Shown here: positions 50,401-61,557 of the stretch, in pieces
How positions within the stretch are numbered: the stretch's first letter is position 1
How the letters are laid out: each line of letters opens with the position of its first letter
From: Paraphysomonas bandaiensis
Taxonomy: Eukaryota > Protista > Chrysophyceae
Assembly (NCBI GenBank): GCA_965644295.1
Contig: CBFFRP010000400.1
Coordinates: forward strand, 1 to 64,000
Direction of reading: 5' to 3'
Length of the DNA: 64,000 bases
Made by a program: the position numbers and the translations under genes
The notes under the pieces: model-generated
Database searches by the model: none
What the model was told of the DNA's origin: nothing
The model's input: only the letters and a program-made list of their open reading frames with translations

Positions 50401-53154
50401 CATATCTTCAAATATCCCACTTTTACGAATATTTGGATCACCGTATAACGGACTTGCCGAACAATAAATGTTCGGAAAATCGGTTTATCTCCACCGTATA
50501 ATTATGATATCTAGAATATCTCGATTTTACGAACACATTATTGTTCGGCATTTTTTTACCGTTTGGCCACTATCGCCATTCAAACCATACAACACCAATG
50601 CCCATAAACTGCAAGAACAAAGAACTTAGAACAAATAAAGCACTTAAAACAAACCAAGCACAATGGATATTATTAGAGAGCAAAGTGAGTTCAGAGATGA
50701 GATTGCACAGCAAACCAAGCAGATGCGGTTAACGGATAGCACCCGCAGGCAATATGCAGACAGGGTCAGGGCCTTTGCACATTGGCTTGATGAGCATTAC
50801 CCCGCCTGCGTGGAAAGAGACAACGGTGACAAGCTCACACCAATACTACCGATACCTGACGTAGTCATGGAAAAGTACATGGCTCATGTGCTTCTTAAAA
50901 TAGACAGCCGCACTGGTCTGTACTATGACCCTCCACAATATTACTCGTTTGCACACGTTAATGGACATCGAAGTGCTCTTAAGAATATGTACACGGAAAA
51001 GCGAATGAACCCTTCACCGGAAATAGAGAGTATGTTTAAGGAAACTCTCGAGGGATTCAAGAGGAAGGTTGCTGACCTTAAGCAGCGTGGCTTATTACCT
51101 TCACGAGAAGGCAAGGCTGCAATGACCATGAAAGGGTACATATTTCTTGCAGAGAAAGCAGCTAAACAGGACCATGACTTTGGACTGTATACATTTTGCT
51201 TGTCCTATTTATTGCTATGCTGGAATTTGATAGCAAGATCTGTAACAGTTGCACATATAATGTACGATCATATATCTTGGGAGGAGGATGCACTGACCAT
51301 TAATATTGGCAAACAGAAGAATGATCAAGAGGGAAGCAATGGATTTCCGCGTCATATATATGCAAACCCAAAAAACCCTATAATATGTCCTATTTTGGCA
51401 TTATCAGTATGGGTGTTTACTCAAGGCTATCATCGTGAAGGCTCTGATAGGCGCCTCTTCGGGAACCCAAGAAGTTCTCAAGATCGATTTGAGAAATGGC
51501 TCTCTAAAGTACTTAAAACATTTGCTGATGCTATTATATCTCTGGGTATAATGATTGCAGAAATAGGAACACACTCATTCAGAAAAGGTGTTGCAACGGC
51601 ATTAGCTAATTGCCCTGGTGGACCCAGTGCCATAAATATATGGTTGCGAGCTGGATGGAGTTTAGGACCCGTTCAGAGTCGATACATATTTGAAGGAGCA
51701 GGTGGAGATCAATTTGTTGGCAGGGCAGCTACAGGTATATCAAGCAGTGATCCCGACTTTGCTATTCTTCCACCTCATTTCGATGACACTAATGGCCCGG
51801 TTCTATCCGTTGAAGAATGGGAAGACATACTGCCTGGCTTCACATCATTCTATCCTGAGAATTTTAGAGTGGCTTTGCCTTATCTTCTTGCTTCGCTGGC
51901 ATATCATCATGACTGGCTATTAGACACTCTTTCACCAAATCATCCTCTGTTTCTTCAAAGAGTTTGGACAAGTGGTATACTACAACGTCTACGACCGAAA
52001 GTATTAACTGGTGTGTTTCGAAATGATGTGTCAAGAATGAATGCTACTGGTGTTCCACCCAATGTGATTCTAGCTAATCGTATGTCGTCGCTGGAAGCAA
52101 ATGTCGGGAACTTATCTAGAGGTATGCGAGAAATGCATACGACATTACCGGAAGCATTGTGTACGAGAATGCTTGATAAGTTTACAGTTAATGGTGCGGT
52201 GCCAATAACTAGTACCGACATCGATAGTCTACGCGAAACACTTTTAGAAGAAATCAGAACAAGATGTACTCCACATAATGTGGAGCAAATTTCTACACAA
52301 GAAGAGCAATCCACATCACAAGAGAAGCCTGGATTTTACACATGGGGAGGGCGCCATCATTTGTTTCCAGAGGGCTTTCGTTTTCCAAAAGGTAACATAA
52401 AAATGCTGTGGGATCTGTGGTGGGGGGGAGAACCTCAGAGACATATATTACCCTACAGAAAAATCAAAGGCTTCGATTTATCCCGAACTGACCGGGTAAA
52501 CTGGAGTAAATGTACCTGCATCATGAACGCACTAGTCTCCAAGGGCATAGAGATGAACGAGATCGGAGCAGTAGAGGATATTAGTAGCCTACTACCACGA
52601 CAAAGAGATGCGTTATTCAGCAAAGTGTTTATACCTTTCTGTATGAACATATTCGCGGTTGCTAATCCCGTTCTTCTCGATGATATAGGCATCGGAAAAA
52701 TGTCATATACGACATTCTACGATTACATGAAGGGTCGCAAGAGGAATAAACGTAGACGGAATGAAATGGAGCAAACGGAAGAAGATAATTGACTGGTACA
52801 TGTCTATGTTTGTGTCGTATATACGTGAGGGGGTCTGTGAGACTATTAACAGTCACCTTCACGTATATACATGAACAGACATCGCATTAATGGAGGGGTT
52901 GATGAGAATATGACGCTCAAGTAGATAGCTATCGGCTTCTGGTGTAGATATCATCTTGTTTCATGGCACTACTGACAGTTTAAAGTAACATGTAAAGTTG
53001 AACGTTAGATGACATACACATACAACACCATTCTACAACAGTACTCTACCATAATTATACAACAGTATACAGCAGTAATACTACATAATACCGTTCTGTT
53101 CGTATACTGTTCGTAAAAGCGGACCTTCTATAAGTGTTAATAGTATTCCATATC
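50401..53154 (+). mobile_element. Crypton (CryptonS-like) tyrosine-recombinase transposon; boundaries inferred
   Basis: Single YR ORF; imperfect 23-24-bp direct repeat beginning CATATC at 50401 and 53149; subterminal TTTTACGAACA / TGTTCGTAAAA inverted motif. Confidence 0.75.
50663..52792 (+). CDS. Crypton tyrosine recombinase, 709 aa, intact and intronless
   Basis: Catalytic set R (WNLIARS), K (KQKNDQEG), HxxR (GTHSFRKG), W (RAGW), Y (QSRY); PIICPILAL; C-terminal WGG...FP...LWDLWW domain. Confidence 0.92.
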   Translation: MDIIREQSEFRDEIAQQTKQMRLTDSTRRQYADRVRAFAHWLDEHYPACVERDNGDKLTPILPIPDVVMEKYMAHVLLKIDSRTGLYYDPPQYYSFAHVNGHRSALKNMYTEKRMNPSPEIESMFKETLEGFKRKVADLKQRGLLPSREGKAAMTMKGYIFLAEKAAKQDHDFGLYTFCLSYLLLCWNLIARSVTVAHIMYDHISWEEDALTINIGKQKNDQEGSNGFPRHIYANPKNPIICPILALSVWVFTQGYHREGSDRRLFGNPRSSQDRFEKWLSKVLKTFADAIISLGIMIAEIGTHSFRKGVATALANCPGGPSAINIWLRAGWSLGPVQSRYIFEGAGGDQFVGRAATGISSSDPDFAILPPHFDDTNGPVLSVEEWEDILPGFTSFYPENFRVALPYLLASLAYHHDWLLDTLSPNHPLFLQRVWTSGILQRLRPKVLTGVFRNDVSRMNATGVPPNVILANRMSSLEANVGNLSRGMREMHTTLPEALCTRMLDKFTVNGAVPITSTDIDSLRETLLEEIRTRCTPHNVEQISTQEEQSTSQEKPGFYTWGGRHHLFPEGFRFPKGNIKMLWDLWWGGEPQRHILPYRKIKGFDLSRTDRVNWSKCTCIMNALVSKGIEMNEIGAVEDISSLLPRQRDALFSKVFIPFCMNIFAVANPVLLDDIGIGKMSYTTFYDYMKGRKRNKRRRNEMEQTEEDN

Positions 53155-53583
53155 CTCAAAAACCCACTTTTTTCATATAAAATTCTTAACTTTGTTATTT
53201 TCTTCATGAAAACTTATGATTTTTATAAGGGAAATTAGAAAAATATGGTAGGGTTGAAAGGGAATGGAGGTAAAGTAGGGCGTGCTTTATCTTCCCAAAC
53301 GAATATTTACAACTAGATCTTGCTGTATGTATACATACACACACATTGCCTTCTAGGCACTCTATGTATGTATATACATACATATATCATTAATAGCATA
53401 TATATATATGTATGTATGTAATTCATTATTCTTTTATCAAGTAAAGTGAGATTATATCATCATCAACAATCATTTCTCATCATATTCATTGCTTCGTTCC
53501 ATTAGTATCAGTTAGTTGATATACACACACACACATACATACATACATACAGAGAGAGAGTGAGTGAGAAACTAGTGACTGAG

Positions 53584-54222
53584 ATGATAATGAAGAGATC
53601 TATACGAATAGAGGATCATTCCATTTATTTAATGAAACGTTCACGACATAATTCATATAGAAAACCACCAAGATGTGTGAAGTTCTCTGATTCTATTAAG
53701 ATTGAGCTCATACCCACATCAGCTGAGTATGCTGATTGGGGTCTCTCACTATGGTGGACACATGAAGATATATCTCGATTTAAAAAAGCTTATTATGATG
53801 AGAAATATGAGTTATTAACAGCTGAAATACGATCATCTATACTTATAGTTACTGATTCTCCTGTTCGAAAGAAAAAACTTGCAGCAAGATTGTCCACTAT
53901 TGTCTCCAAAGATACCAAGTTCAAATCTTGCACTCATGAGCAGGTTGAACGGGTGTTAACGAAATTGCGACAAGGATTTGCTGCCATTGTCGTCGACGGT
54001 ACACCTGAAGGTTGTGTGGTATGCCCGTACTCGTCTCCAGGGGATACAGCTCAATTTGTGCGCTCCCAGGTTTCAAAGGATATCACGGTTACATTGCTAG
54101 TACAAGATAATGGGATGGCTTCGACATCACTGATGCAACAAGCTGCCTTTTTGTGGTCTGAAATTACTGTATTGAGTTCGGATTGCTGGAAAGAATATGT
54201 CAACATTTTCAAGGGATTTTGA
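53584..54222 (+). CDS. Hypothetical protein with an N-terminal VKF...LWW motif and a possible degenerate receiver-like domain
   Basis: ORF of ~212 aa: RCVKFSD...IELIP...LWWTHEDI; SILIVTDSP...AAIVVD. Confidence 0.6.
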   Translation: MIMKRSIRIEDHSIYLMKRSRHNSYRKPPRCVKFSDSIKIELIPTSAEYADWGLSLWWTHEDISRFKKAYYDEKYELLTAEIRSSILIVTDSPVRKKKLAARLSTIVSKDTKFKSCTHEQVERVLTKLRQGFAAIVVDGTPEGCVVCPYSSPGDTAQFVRSQVSKDITVTLLVQDNGMASTSLMQQAAFLWSEITVLSSDCWKEYVNIFKGF

Positions 54223-54644
54223 ATATTACGACTTGACTACTTCCGCTTACTATTTTGACGTAGTGTAACGTAGACTTATTTTCATTGACGGGTTTCTTTT
54301 TTAGTCATTAAATTTGCTTTGATACTGTGATGGACTGTTGTTGTGAGACAGGAATATTCAACTCACATTGCATTATATGATCGTAATCTTATAAATAATA
54401 TTTGTGATGCCAACGTTTCAGGGTAACTTTCTCCAGGGTAGCCTTTCCATATCCAATTCTCTACATTAATCGATAGTGGTATAGAAATCCCCTAGGAGGC
54501 TCCTCTATGATAAATTCAACTGCTAACTGTCCTTGAACTACGACAATAAGTAACAGTTACACGCCTATTGCTAATTGCTAATAATCATACATTTACTACT
54601 TAGCAACAGTGGATTTACATTTAAGCTATAAATGATATATATAT

Positions 54645-55197
54645 GCTGCACCCTCAACAAAGTCGGACTCGCACCTTTTCGTGGTGTTCTGGGGGATAAC
54701 CACCGGAGATATTTCTTCGGGAAACTAACGTGAGCCGCATATATAGTCAGCAGAGATTGTTCTGCCCACTCATAGCCGAATGCTTGTGTGGTACAAGGGA
54801 CACCAATAAAAGTAGTGTCACTTGTGTAGACGTCTTTGGGCCTTGACGAATAACAGGCATCCGGAAATGGGCCCACCTCAAGGGTAACCGGGGTATTGGG
54901 CTGTCTGCTGAAGTCAAGCATCCGGGCTGTTCACTTTAAGGACTCAGAAAACCCGAAGTCAGCAGATGTCAGGTATATCAACATTCTGCTTGCTCACGGC
55001 GTTTGCTTGCTCACAGATAGAGCGGAGGTGGTTGCACCTTGGTGTTTGCGGCGACGCACAAGAAGCCTCCGTAGCGTTAATAGTAGGATGATAGAGTTTG
55101 TACTAGTTAGGTACAGGTAGACGTCTATCTAGCTCGACCAATATTCTTCTATCTACTAAACTGGGGCTGATTCTTAACGCCCATTGCTAATAATAAT
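54645..55197 (+). mobile_element. Retroelement 3' fragment ending in the conserved tail and (TAA)n
   Basis: GC-rich body with no visible similarity to 25390-25760, but 55018-55197 matches the shared tail and ends ACGCCCATTGCTAATAATAATA. Confidence 0.65.
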
Positions 55198-55637
55198 ACT
55201 TTCAATATATATAAGCACGTAGCCATTGGAGTACGTAGTTTTGTTGTTTAGTATCATGTAATTGGGATAGAAAGTAATAATTACACTTACACTTGACTAC
55301 AACGTGCGTCAATTAATTGATACGCAGCCCTGATTTGTTTATACGTTTAGACATCACTTTTCTATCGCCTTTCATATTATATATTTTATATCTACAACAG
55401 TATTTCTGCTTCTAGTTCCGACTCTTGTACTAGTGACACTTACTACAATAGCATTTAAAATTCGATATTAATTCGATTGTAACATCACTGATCTTTATCA
55501 TATTATAACGTTAATAAAAGTGAATTTCGATTGTGCGGCAAATTTAATGTGTGTAGCGTCATGCGCAAATACGCGACAAACATCATGCCACGAATATATA
55601 AATAACGGAAAATATAGTACGCTATAATGCAACTTCC

Positions 55638-58600
55638 TTACGATTTCTTTTGTGACTGTCTCAAATAAGGATGCTGGCATATTGACATGACATCTGGGCG
55701 ATGTTGCTGATCATACGTCAGACACGCTCGGATTAAATCTTTTGCTTCTTCTGAGACTTTCTGGAAACCACTGGGTGAATTAGAAGATACTAACATGTTA
55801 CTGCTTGACTTGCTGTTGTTTTCTTGGGGAAACTCCACCTGCATTAATGAAAATCCCAGTAAATAGATTATTACTAATGACTCCATATCACCACCTGGGT
55901 TGCATTTCGCATAATACCCTCGGACAACAATTTCTCTTGGGACTTTCCCTCACCAAATGGACGACGCCCGTAGAGCATCTATCAGAACAACGACACTTAC
56001 TGCTAGTGTACGTTAATGTATGTAGTAGTCGCGTACCTGAAAGAATATAACACCCAAGGACCAGACATCTACCTTACTAGAAATCCTACGTATAAGATGT
56101 GAAACATTGCGCAATCAATATATTTATCACATGCTCCCATTTTCCAAATATACATAACTATATGTCATATGTAAACCTGGGGGGAGAATCTCCTCTTCCA
56201 AAACACTCAGGTGGAAGGTACCAGTATGTGCCTGCACCTTGAGATGTCAGTTCTACCGAGGTTTGTTCATCTGCCTCCTCTAAAATCTATTATACATGTC
56301 AAAGCACTGAAGTTTACAGTAAGAATACGATATCGTACATATCAACCCTGTATACAGCTGCACAATATTGATAGTGGAACTGAGAACGAACATTACCTTT
56401 GAGAGTCCAAAATCAGTAATTTTTACATCACCCATATTATCAAATAGAATGTTAGCAGGTTTTAGGTCAAAGTGAATAATAGAACGCTTTCGAGAAGGCA
56501 TGGCTGGCTGCACTCCTCCGCCCTGCACCTCTGTATTATCCTGAGGAGCATTTAAATATCTAAGCCCCGCCACTATTTGCATTACTATCGTTTTGGCATC
56601 CTTTTCAGGTAAGGTTTTCATAGTTTTCAGCTTCTCGTCAAGATCAGTCCCACGGCAAAGTTCCAACACAGTTGCAAACGTATTGACATCGATTTCAAAT
56701 ACATCAAATAGCTTTACCACACGAGGGTGGTCTAAGTCCCTATACAACCGTTTAATTGAATAAAAAACGATTACACTGAGAGCAACACACGTATTCACGT
56801 GTTGTGTAATTGCTACGTATATACTAGACGTATAACTAAATACCTGTGAATCGTATATTCCCTTCTCACATGTTTAATATACGATTGTTTTCGAGACTGT
56901 GACCACGCGGGATTGAGCTGGTGAATCTGTGTACATGAATTACATATATAGTCGCAAAATAGAACGATGCGGATATACACATATAATATCAACTGACGAT
57001 GCATAAAAAGAGCATCAGTAGCAAATTAGTATCATACCTTCACGGCAACTTCATTCAATTCTACTAAGTCAAGAGCTTTCCACACCTCACTAAAACCTCC
57101 CCTTCCAAGTAGACTCAACAACAGGTACCTCTGCAAGCATTTAAATAAAATATACAATACACATCACATGATATTTAAATACTCTGTGCCATAATATATA
57201 AAATTCCTTCCAAATTATAACCTAAAACCTTAAAAGCGCAATAATATAGAACACATTACAGTAATGACATAATATACTCCAGCTTACACTCTACATTTAC
57301 TAATAAAATACCATATATACAGTTCGCAGTATCTTACAGATGCGTATTATACCTTATGTAGACATGGCAAATCCTTTGTAAAGCGAGACCTGTCTGCACT
57401 CATTGAGAGTTTCAGCTCCTATTTTACGTTTGTACAGTGAGGCAAATAAAACTATCATATCGATATTGTTATACCTTTTGGTGAGCAGCTTTCTCCGATT
57501 CCAATAAACGTTTTTCTTCTAAAAGTGCCGACTCATCCCGACGTAGTTGTTCCATGTGCATACGAACAGCACTTTCCTCTGTCGTTATATCTAATTCTGA
57601 CATTCCATGGCACCCCTCATCCTCATCTATGCCATCTATGGAGTGGGTACATACAAATATGACATTATATATAGCGGTAAGAACTTATTAGCGAAAGTTT
57701 TGACCAAATGTATGAATGTGAACATGAAATGTGTACGAAATAAATTTTACATCTATATCTATCACCATAAGTTGTTTACTTAAAATCAATACCTGGCATC
57801 TTTTTGGTAGCTGCACTATGCTTTTTCTTTGTGGTCTTTAAACGATTTCTTCGTTTCTCTAATTCTTCCCGTCTGTAAACTAACTCGGAAGTACGAGCAT
57901 TGAGATCTTTAAGAGCGTAGCCTTCCTCCCACACTTCCCCGATAGCAGTAGGGCCTACGCACAATATCAATAATATATTTACTCCAGAGAGGTACGCAAC
58001 AAATTACAATAAGACATACATTCCCCATACTCACTTGTACGAACGGTATATATTTTTCCTAAACGGACACAATCTGCAGCAAGCCTGTCACGCTTACGCC
58101 TCATATCCTGCTGTGCCATTAATCTGTATACATCTTCCAACGCTGTGCAGAGTTTCGTACTGCGCTCTTCGAGAAGGCGGTGTCTGTACACAAAAGTGAA
58201 TCCAACATAGACTCGGATGAAATTAACAACAGAACCACACGGAGCGAACCCCACCTCTCGAATTGTGACTTGAGCTCAGATTCTAGTCTTAACACCTATG
58301 TTTCGCATTCATGGTGGTTAAATATATTTATATCTTACAAAAGGCAATTGATTCAGAATACACCAATCACCTTTTGTTCAGCTTTTTCTTTGGCTAATTT
58401 CAAAGACTCATTTTGCTTTTTCCACTCCGCAGAATTAAGCATACTACTTGATATCAATGATGACATATCCTTATTTGAAGTGCGGTCGGAAGACGTGTGT
58501 GAGTTAGCCACTGACGAAGATTTTTCTTGTGTTGGTGTAATTGCTTCACACTCTACATTAGACAAAAGCATTACGTGTTTCATACTCATGTAATAATACC

Positions 58601-59180
58601 AATATGATTGAGAGTACACCAATAAACTATCGTATGTAAATATATATATATACCTGAAACCGTCTTGGAAGGCAATTTTGAGGCCTGAACAGTTGCAGTG
58701 GAGTTGTCGCCTTGATTTGGAGCAAAGTAACTTTCTATTTTCCGCATACCCACTGCACTACCCAATCCACCTCTAGAATTGTCTGTAATAAACAATTAAT
58801 CCAATAAAAACAAGTAGTTTAAAAACATAATTTATGAAACATATATCAACAAGTATGATAGCATGTGTAGTGCTGTAGTTATACATACTTTCATCAGACA
58901 TATCAATTTTTATTCGTTTCGGAGTATTTTCTTTTCTTTCAGTTTTTGAATCTTCTTTTTCAATTTCATTATATTTTATTTTATTATTAAATCCATCTGA
59001 TGAGAATTCTTTATTCCAATATTTGTGATCTGTTATATCAGATGTATCACATATATCAACAACATGATGCTGCTGTTGTTGTTGTTGTTGTTGTTGTTGA
59101 TGCTGTTGCTGCTGTTGTTGTTGACGTTGTTCCTGCTGCTGTTGTTCCTGTTGCTGTTGTTGTATGTGTATATGCTTCAT
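55638..59180 (-). CDS. TLK: Tousled-like Ser/Thr kinase, many exons, N-terminal polyQ
   Basis: RLG...EVWEEG coiled region; [86 protein letters not shown]. Confidence 0.93.
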
Positions 59181-59410
59181 ACCATTGAATTCATTCTATA
59201 TATAGCATTATATAGATACATACGAAGATCTCGCCTAGTTATCTACCTGTATATGATTCATCTCATCTGATGAGGGTATGGTATGATATTTCATGTTATC
59301 CATATGATTATATGACAGAATATATGAATGAAATTGATATAATAAGCCATATAATGGAGTTCTATGATATGTATGTATATATATATGAGGAATGATATCA
59401 CTTAACACAC

Positions 59411-59564
59411 ATCGTATCGGCAGTCAGCATGTTATTTTTCGGAAATAAATTGAATCAAATATTCTCTACAGTACTGATATACATCTACGGCTGGAATACA
59501 GGTAATTATTGTCTCAATATTAGAGGCATCTTTGAACAAAAATAGACCAAGGATGCCTATACGA
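59411..59564 (+). mobile_element. ~150-bp MITE-like repeat, copy 4
   Basis: ATCGTATCGGCA...GGATGCCTATACG. Confidence 0.82.
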
Positions 59565-59963
59565 CATGTATATGTATATACACACATACAGTCCATTTCC
59601 TTATGAAAAATGTCCAATAAAAACCCAAGATAGATAGATTTTATAGATTCAAATATTCAAATTATTTTAGTTTGGTAATTTTTATAATATATTTCTCTGA
59701 TATTTTACGATTTGTTTCTAGATATTCCAGTAATTTGTAAAAAGCTCTCCGATACTGCTGTATATGCAAGATACTCTACGAACTTCTCTGTACTGCTGCT
59801 AGTATATTCTCAAAATCGAGAATTTCTAGGAAAAGAAACTACAAAAATATGTAGAAAAATATATTGTCTCAACTTAAAAATCAGGATTTTTTTACTAATT
59901 GTCTTATTCCCTCTAAATGACTTCTTCCCACATATAGAATTCTATAGAAGGTATATGGGTACA

Positions 59964-60113
59964 CGTATCGGTATCCGTCGTATATTTTTGTTCCAAGATG
60001 CCTCTAATATTGAGGCAATAATTATCTGTATTTTAGCCGTACTTGTATCACAGTTATATAGAGGATATTTGATTCAATTTATTTCCGAAAAATAAGATGC
60101 TGACTGCTGATAC
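59964..60113 (-). mobile_element. ~150-bp MITE-like repeat, copy 5 (inverted relative to copy 4)
   Basis: Full-length diverged reverse complement of copy 4. Confidence 0.82.
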
Positions 60114-60224
60114 ACAGCAGTAGGAGAGCCATATGCATCCTCCTATACATGAATTGATCCACTAATCTACTCATTCTTACATACATACATACATTCTCAT
60201 ATATAAAAGACATTCTTATTAAAT

Positions 60225-60608
60225 ATGTTTCTATCAAGTGGTATTGCCGCTGTAGTGATCATGGGGAATTCATTAGCAGCAAAGTGTTTGATGTCGTTTG
60301 GGTTTCGCCTGAAAATTGCTTCAGGAGATAAAAAAACAAAAACTGATGTCTTAGAAAGCTCATCTTTTAAAAATTGTCATACTGCTCAATTGAATGAAGC
60401 TGAATGGGCACCAATATTTATTGCAGGTCTATTGTATCTTCATTCGAAAGGTATCGCTGCACCATTTGCTTCAACTGCCTCTGCTGTTGGTTGTGTATGG
60501 TATTTCTGGATGAAAGCATTTATGCCTTTCCCCTCCCATGTACCAGGAGCTGTGTTGCGCTTTATTAGTCTAACCATGCTGTGCTGGGAGGTTTATAAGA
60601 CATTGTAA
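60225..60608 (+). CDS. Small MAPEG-like membrane protein
   Basis: Four hydrophobic segments; HTAQLNEAEWAPIF resembles the MAPEG N-x2-E-x2-P motif. Confidence 0.65.
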   Translation: MFLSSGIAAVVIMGNSLAAKCLMSFGFRLKIASGDKKTKTDVLESSSFKNCHTAQLNEAEWAPIFIAGLLYLHSKGIAAPFASTASAVGCVWYFWMKAFMPFPSHVPGAVLRFISLTMLCWEVYKTL

Positions 60609-60649
60609 GAACTGAATACCGGGTTCTTAGTAATAAGACTAATTCTTAA

Positions 60650-61150
60650 CAAATATATTGCAATACTATTGTTAGATACCGCCCCATCAATAATATTGAT
60701 GGAGTCATTTGGAGTCATTTAAACCGGCTCAACTATACTATTGTATTATGTTGACAATGTATTAGTATAAGTAATTAAGCGCATGCGTAGGTTTCATTTT
60801 TAATACGAGCCCTTAAGATTTATGATCATATGGTAGTAACCAAACCCACTCTGCTGGCACGCAAATTCAAATATGTATCGGGCCACAAGTATCGATTAAC
60901 GTTTAGAAGCGATGTAATATTAATTGCAGTAAGATGTACACTGTATAGGTTTACGCAACACTGAGATAGCTGCGCTGAATAGTTTTCTACACGTTGTGTT
61001 GGAAGGAAATGTACTACACGCTACTCGTGTGTCTGTACTTAGATACTTCCACTTTACGTTTTTAAGTTTTTTGAGCTGACTGAATATTTTTCTCCGTAAA
61101 AGGCAATACCAGCTTCATCATATGTATCGTTGCTATCACTCCAAACGGAG
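60650..61150 (-). mobile_element. Decayed hAT derivative of the CAGGGATAGGG family (no TIR seen)
   Basis: Reverse complement of the right-end motifs (ATATATTGCAATACTATTGTTAGATA...CCATCAATA) and of the SN...LFSAA remnant. Confidence 0.75.
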
Positions 61151-61557
61151 AAATGTTGACATCATCTTTCTCACATCCTCTCAAATTCAATATCAGGCAT
61201 ATTCATATCTTATAACTGTCTATAGAGCTAAATTTCTGCATTCACTTTCTGTTAACTGACGGCAGGAAGCTAAGAACTAAAAAGCACGCAAAATATTTCA
61301 AACAGACAACACTGACCTATTAATGGATTGATGTTAAGAGAGTAAAACTATTCCTCTCGAAGTAGAACGAATGAACTGTAATTCGCTGACACACACCGGC
61401 AATAGTCATTACTATACCCATAATGAATAAATGTATGTACATCTTAGCGTTCAGCTATTATGACGCAAGTACAACATAATTCCTACAGTAAACAAAAACA
61501 AGAAATGCATAATTTCACAGTAATATCGACACATATGAACAGGCTAAAGTCTCTTGA

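Noticed and set aside
55021-55090. Hammerhead ribozyme, tRNA or SECIS interpretation of the conserved tail
   Set aside because: No CUGANGA/GAAA core, no T-loop or cloverleaf, and no AUGA/GA quartet with apical AA.
59712-60095. 127-aa ORF and similar FxDASNIE-containing ORFs at 15185 and 59432
   Set aside because: They are translations of the non-coding 150-bp repeat; the frame is not preserved in all copies.
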